DNA of 64,000 nucleotides from Pseudothermotoga sp. (GTDB lineage Bacteria; Thermotogota; Thermotogae; Thermotogales; DSM-5069): NCBI GenBank assembly GCA_031962025.1, contig JAVRKW010000003.1; one strand, written 5' to 3'. The notes under the pieces are model-generated. The model searched no databases, was not told where the DNA came from, and saw only the letters and a program-made list of their open reading frames with translations. Of the stretch, positions 59,234 to 64,000 are shown piece by piece; position 1 is the first letter of the stretch, and the number at the start of each line of letters is the position of its first letter. The translations under genes and the position numbers were made by a program.

Positions 59234-60102
59234 TTTTTGCTCACTTCCCTGTATATTTCAAGATAATTTTCGTATCTACTTGGGGAAATTACTCCTTTCT
59301 GAACAGATTCTTTGACTTTACATCCTGGTTCATCGATGTGAGTGCAGTCTTTGAACAAGCAATTTCCGTTTTCGAGTATTTCTGGAAAATACAGCTTTAG
59401 GTTCTCTGGTTTGATGTGATCCATTTGTATGAGTGAAAATCCCGGAGTATCCACTATAAAACCACCAAAGGGTAGACGAATCAATTCGGCCGCTGTAGTT
59501 GTGTGCTTTCCCCTTTCAATTTTTTCAGAGATCTCCTGCGTTTTGAGATTTACTCCAGGACAAATACTGTTTAAAAGGCTGCTTTTCCCCACACCGGAAG
59601 GTCCTGCAAAAACAGAAAGTCTGTCTTTGAGATGTTCTTTCAATTCTTCAGTGCCTTCAGTGGTTTTTGCACTTGTACAGATAACGGGATATATTTTTCC
59701 ATAGGTTTCAATGAAAGATCTTTTTTTATCCTGATCTGATTCTTCGAGCAGATCTATTTTGTTAAGCACCAGCAGGGCATTCAATTTTGCTTCTTCAACC
59801 AGAACGAGTATCTTATCGAGCATGAGAAGAGGAACCTGTGGTTTTTTGATGGTATAGACGCAGACTACCTGATCTATATTCGCCACCCTTGGTTTTGGCA
59901 GTTCATTTTTTCGCTTTAAAACAGATTCCACAACACCTGTATCACCTACTTTTGTGTATTCAACAACATCCCCCACAATGGGTTTTAACCCCTGAACTTT
60001 GAAACGTCCTCTCAGGTAACATCTCACTCTTTCATTGGTTTTTGAATCCTCGACTATCAGAGCATTTGACATGAATTTTACCACTATTCCTCTATTTCTC
60101 AG
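59224..60102 (-). CDS. rsgA: Ribosome small subunit-dependent GTPase A
   Basis: OB fold, NKIDL, GPSGVGKSS, GKHTT, DTPG, CLFKDCTH.DEPGC; start uncertain (CTG 60102 or TTG 60135). Confidence 0.95.
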   Translation of the reverse strand: MRNRGIVVKFMSNALIVEDSKTNERVRCYLRGRFKVQGLKPIVGDVVEYTKVGDTGVVESVLKRKNELPKPRVANIDQVVCVYTIKKPQVPLLMLDKILVLVEEAKLNALLVLNKIDLLEESDQDKKRSFIETYGKIYPVICTSAKTTEGTEELKEHLKDRLSVFAGPSGVGKSSLLNSICPGVNLKTQEISEKIERGKHTTTAAELIRLPFGGFIVDTPGFSLIQMDHIKPENLKLYFPEILENGNCLFKDCTHIDEPGCKVKESVQKGVISPSRYENYLEIYREVSKKWQ

Positions 60103-60622
60103 AACTCGATCCCTCCCCTGGTTCTCCAGAATCAACCAGAATTGTCACCTCGCTGTTCTGCTTCAGAGTGCTTCCCACCGGAGGATAGATTCCCATAACC
60201 CTGCCGTCGGTACCTTTGAAAGGAAAATGCATTATTCTTATTTGAAAGCCCATCTGAGATAGTATTTTCACAGCAGTTTCTTTTGGAGCACCAATCAGGT
60301 CTGGAATTGTTATCTGCTGCGGTTCTCTCAGAAAGATGGTAACAGGTCTATTTTTTCTCACCTTCTGTCCGACATCCGGATAAGTGTGGTCCACCAAACC
60401 ACTTCCAAGCACCTGACTTGGTTTTAATCCTGCTTTTTTGAGTTCTTTAACTGCCTGATCGATTTCAAGACCTTTGACATTTGGTATCTCGACTATCTGA
60501 GGGTGGATCAGAAAATAACTGAAAAAGATAACACCACCTGCTATCATGCCGAAGAACATGTACAGCAAAAACACAAGGACTTTTTTCAGCGCTGAAGGTT
60601 TCTGATCCTTAGCTGTCCGCAT
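60092..60622 (-). CDS. PASTA domain membrane protein (no kinase domain)
   Basis: One TM then two PASTA repeats (IPNVKG..., IPDLIG...). Confidence 0.85.
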   Translation of the reverse strand: MRTAKDQKPSALKKVLVFLLYMFFGMIAGGVIFFSYFLIHPQIVEIPNVKGLEIDQAVKELKKAGLKPSQVLGSGLVDHTYPDVGQKVRKNRPVTIFLREPQQITIPDLIGAPKETAVKILSQMGFQIRIMHFPFKGTDGRVMGIYPPVGSTLKQNSEVTILVDSGEPGEGSSSEK

Positions 60623-61608
60623 GCTGCTTCGATGTCCGCTCCTTTCTCGTATCTTATCTCCGCTTCTATACCAGATTCAATCAATATCTGTTTGAATCTG
60701 TTGATCTTCCACTGATTTGGTCTTTCCATACCCGGTACAACTGGGTTTACGGGAATCAAATTCACAAAGACTTTCATTCCTTTAAGCAGTTTTGCGAGTC
60801 TTCTTGCATCTTCATCAAAGTCATTGAATTCTCTTATGAGAATGTATTCTATCGTCACCCTGCGATCTGATTTTTCCTGATACGTCCTTGCCGCATCGAG
60901 TAATTCTTCTATGGAGTATTTTTTGTTCATCGGAATTATCTGGTCTCTTTTTTCGTTGCTTGCGGCATGCAGTGATATCGCCAGGTTCAGGTCAAGTCCC
61001 TCTTGAGAAAGCTTCAATATCTTCTCGGGTATTCCCACGGTGCTTATGGTTATGCGCCTTACACCGACATTTTTTGTTTTTTCGTGTATCAGTATCCTCA
61101 CACTTTTCAGGACGTTGTCGTAATTGAGCAGTGGTTCTCCCATTCCCATGTAAACTACATTTCTTATTGTCTGATTTGAATCTTTTTCAATCGCAAGAAT
61201 TTGTGAGACAATCTCGCCGGCTGACAGATTTCTCACAAAACCACTCTGTCCCGTTGCGCAGAAACTGCATTTGACCGGACAACCCACCTGTGTAGATATA
61301 CAGGATGTGGCATAACCTTCGTGAAATAAAAGCACAGATTCCACGGTATTACCATCCTGCAGTCTGTAAAGATACTTCGTTGTCTTGTCCAAAGAAGAAA
61401 TTCTCTTGTCGAGAATCTCGGGTAAGTCGATTGAGAATCTTTCGGCAAAAACCTTTCTGTGCTGCAACGACAGATTTGTCATCTGTTCAAATGTAAAAAC
61501 GTGTTTTTTGTAAATCCAGTCGAGCACCTGATCTGCTCTGTATCTTTCAAGCCCAAGATCTTTGACGGCTGTCAGAAATTCGTCATAGCTCATTGAGAGT
61601 ATATTCAG
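60586..61608 (-). CDS. rlmN: 23S rRNA m2A2503 / tRNA methyltransferase RlmN
   Basis: CISTQVGCPVKCSFC, MGMGEPL, ISLHA, AACGQL; start CTG 61608 (or ATG 61593). Confidence 0.96.
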   Translation of the reverse strand: MNILSMSYDEFLTAVKDLGLERYRADQVLDWIYKKHVFTFEQMTNLSLQHRKVFAERFSIDLPEILDKRISSLDKTTKYLYRLQDGNTVESVLLFHEGYATSCISTQVGCPVKCSFCATGQSGFVRNLSAGEIVSQILAIEKDSNQTIRNVVYMGMGEPLLNYDNVLKSVRILIHEKTKNVGVRRITISTVGIPEKILKLSQEGLDLNLAISLHAASNEKRDQIIPMNKKYSIEELLDAARTYQEKSDRRVTIEYILIREFNDFDEDARRLAKLLKGMKVFVNLIPVNPVVPGMERPNQWKINRFKQILIESGIEAEIRYEKGADIEAACGQLRIRNLQR

Positions 61609-61712
61609 AAAAAATCACCTCACAAATTAGATTATAAATCGACATGCCGTGGATCTGATATCTTTGCAAGATCTTAAAATTAATGAGACCAAAAAGGAGT
61701 CAATGAATACGG

Positions 61713-61721
61713 TGATATAAT
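61713..61721 (+). promoter_or_regulatory. Extended -10 promoter of MoxR-VWA operon
   Basis: TG-A-TATAAT just upstream of SD AGGAGGTG. Confidence 0.55.
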
Positions 61722-61741
61722 TCAAAAGGAGGTGTCCTGTC

Positions 61742-62806
61742 TTGACAGTAGACGAAGCGCGATTTTTGAGCAGGAAGATCATGGAGGCTGGAGAAGTCCC
61801 ACTTTTGGTAGGACATTTTGGAGTTGGAAAAACAGATATCGCAAGACAGATCGCCAAACAGACCAATAGAAAACTCGTGATACTCATTCTTTCACAGATG
61901 GAGCCGGGCGATTTGATAGGTCTTCCTTCCAAGCAAAACGAGCAGACTGTTTTTCTAAGACCGGATTGGTGGCCAGAGGATGGCAATGTGATAATCCTGC
62001 TGGACGAGATAAATCGAGCCCACAGATCTATAAGAAATGCAATCATGCAACTTGTGATAGACAAAAGGATACACAACCACGTACTGCCAGAGGGAACGTG
62101 GATCATGGCAACGATGAACCCGCCGGATGATGAATATGATCAGGCAGATTTGATAACAGATCCTGCTTTTATTTCACGCTTTTTCATAATCGACATATCA
62201 CCATCTGTTGAAGAATGGCAGCGATGGGCTCAGGAAAACAACGTCGATAAAAGTATAATTCAATTCATTGAGAAATTTCCTGAATTTCTTTACACACATT
62301 CACCGATGTCTTTGAGAGTTGAATTAAGGCCTAGTCCCAGAAGCTGGTACAAACTCAGCAATGTTTTGAGAACACTCAATGAAGATGAAAAGAAGAAATT
62401 TGGTTATTCCTTAGCGTGCGGAATACTGGGACCAGAAGCTGCAAAAGCCTTCATTGAATCTGGTTATGATGAATCGATACCTTCGCCGCAGCTTGTTTTG
62501 TTAAACGGTGTTGAGAAAATTCTCAAAGACAGCACAGATCAGGCAAATTCCTTGACGCTCAGGTTGATAGATTATTTTTCCAAATTAGATGATCAGACAG
62601 TTGAACTACTCGAAGCGAACATTTCAAGAGTGGCAAAGAACCTGAGTGAACTTGCCACGATCCTTCCAAGGGATTCTTTTTACGCTTTGATCAGGTACAT
62701 CACTGACAGAGCCACAAAAGGAGAAAAAAACTCTCAGTTTTTTGATAAGTTGATTGAGAAACTCTCAAATTTTGAACAGGTGAGATCGATACTCGATGAA
62801 ATCTGA
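61742..62806 (+). CDS. MoxR-family AAA+ ATPase
   Basis: GHFGVGKT Walker A, LLDEINR Walker B, ATMNP, SRF, SPRSW. Confidence 0.9.
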   Translation: MTVDEARFLSRKIMEAGEVPLLVGHFGVGKTDIARQIAKQTNRKLVILILSQMEPGDLIGLPSKQNEQTVFLRPDWWPEDGNVIILLDEINRAHRSIRNAIMQLVIDKRIHNHVLPEGTWIMATMNPPDDEYDQADLITDPAFISRFFIIDISPSVEEWQRWAQENNVDKSIIQFIEKFPEFLYTHSPMSLRVELRPSPRSWYKLSNVLRTLNEDEKKKFGYSLACGILGPEAAKAFIESGYDESIPSPQLVLLNGVEKILKDSTDQANSLTLRLIDYFSKLDDQTVELLEANISRVAKNLSELATILPRDSFYALIRYITDRATKGEKNSQFFDKLIEKLSNFEQVRSILDEI

Positions 62807-63980
62807 TATGGAGAAAATAATCTTAGACCTTGGCAAAAGATCACCTTTTTATCTGTATCTTTTGCTGAACATCTCGCGTGTGCCATCAAAAGAAGTAAAA
62901 AACATGCAATTGTCCATGGATAATTCAAAAATCACGCTTTACTACAATCCAGACTGGGTTTGTGGCAAACATCCAGAATTCGTGCAAGCCATGATCCTTC
63001 ATCATTTGATGCATTTGATAAATCTTCACTTTCTCATAAAACCAAAAAACGACAGAGACAGAATGATATGGGATCTTGCGATGGATGCGGCGATCAACCA
63101 GTATATACCTCTACTCTCGGCATTCGGGGTTCCATTGAATCTTCTGATTGAAGAAGGACACGGCGTCGATAACGAGAGATTGTTTGTACTTCCACCTGAC
63201 TGGATGCCCGACAAAAGCGCGGAAGAGTACCACAGATGGATTTTACAGAAGATGGAAGAGCTCGGCAGATATGATATATCTATAGTCGCGCAGGCAAGAG
63301 AAGATTCTTCTGATTCACACACCAAAATGTATCAGGTTCAGGACATCGATATGGTTCTTGAATTGACCAAAAGTCAGTTGAAAAAGGCTTTTAATCTGTA
63401 TGGTTCTGAACTCGAGTCAGGTGTTAAGAGAATGGTCGAACTTTCCATATCAAGACCAATTCTGAACTGGAAAGACAAAATGAGACATTTTGCAGGAGTT
63501 TCAGAATACGGTGAAAAATACACAACCATACTCAGACCAAACAGGAGATACGAACAGCAACCAGGCTGGAAAATCTCGCACATGGCAAGGCTCGGTATCA
63601 TTGTGGACACCAGCGGAAGTATTATAGAAGAAGAATTCGACGATTTTTTCTCTGAAATAGAAGCTCTTTCAAGGTACGTGGATACCGATTTTGTACTTGT
63701 CCAGGTAGATCGTGCTGTGAACTTGGAGATAAGATACTCAAAAGGTACTTACAGAAACATGGAGATAATCGGCGGTGGTGAAACCGATCTGCAACCTGCC
63801 GTTGATTACCTTCAGGATAAGCACCATCCTGAAGGAATAATAATCTTCACAGATGGATATACTGATCTTCCTGTCGTCAAAAGGCGTGTTCTCTTTGTAC
63901 TGTCAAAACACCACAGTGAAGAATTCTTGGATCAGGCAAGAAAGATATACGGTCGTTCAAGTGTGGTGGTTTTGCAATGA
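62796..63980 (+). CDS. DUF2201-type protein: metallopeptidase-like N-domain + VWA domain
   Basis: HHLMH...AMDAAINQ; MIDAS DTSGS, GGGETD, FTDG. Confidence 0.85.
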   Translation: MKSDMEKIILDLGKRSPFYLYLLLNISRVPSKEVKNMQLSMDNSKITLYYNPDWVCGKHPEFVQAMILHHLMHLINLHFLIKPKNDRDRMIWDLAMDAAINQYIPLLSAFGVPLNLLIEEGHGVDNERLFVLPPDWMPDKSAEEYHRWILQKMEELGRYDISIVAQAREDSSDSHTKMYQVQDIDMVLELTKSQLKKAFNLYGSELESGVKRMVELSISRPILNWKDKMRHFAGVSEYGEKYTTILRPNRRYEQQPGWKISHMARLGIIVDTSGSIIEEEFDDFFSEIEALSRYVDTDFVLVQVDRAVNLEIRYSKGTYRNMEIIGGGETDLQPAVDYLQDKHHPEGIIIFTDGYTDLPVVKRRVLFVLSKHHSEEFLDQARKIYGRSSVVVLQ

Positions 63981-64000
63981 TCGAATACGGTCCGATACTG
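63977..64000 (+). CDS. Start of next ORF (truncated by window)
   Basis: ATGA overlap with the VWA stop; MIEYGPIL open to the edge. Confidence 0.4.

Noticed and set aside
1..64000. CRISPR array, IS/transposase, integrase or prophage
   Set aside because: No spaced direct repeats or such ORFs seen; intergenic gaps are short; no duplicated tRNA 3' ends noticed

Overview
Gene-dense bacterial chromosome segment, most likely Thermotogota (Pseudothermotoga/Thermotoga-like). This assignment is inferred from protein families, gene order and GGAGGTG-type SD sites. It holds about 62 complete CDSs, one partial CDS at the right edge and two tRNAs (Ala-CGC, Gln-UUG). I saw no CRISPR array, IS element, prophage or rRNA. 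Core genes include yajC-secDF, dnaB-ispF, zapA-murI-rapZ-yvcK-whiA-nrdR-greA-lysS, leuS, rlmN-rsgA-rpe-rdgB, birA, trmI and ctpA. Accessory or poorly understood modules include: an FN3 lipoprotein + S8 protease pair; lpdA with a rearranged dye-linked amino-acid dehydrogenase complex; a TetR-controlled radical SAM enzyme; a TM0106-family nuclease with a Cas4-like Cys pattern; an MMPL + glycolipid synthase pair; an HD-GYP/DMT/MFS/GH1 operon; cadC-cadA; a GT2-TPR protein; and a MoxR-VWA pair. The best leads are the candidate membrane-lipid genes (radical SAM; MMPL-GT4), a kinase-less PASTA remnant at the prkC position, apparent CTG starts for rlmN and rsgA, and several apparent pseudoenzymes. All family calls come from motif recognition by eye; no database search was run.
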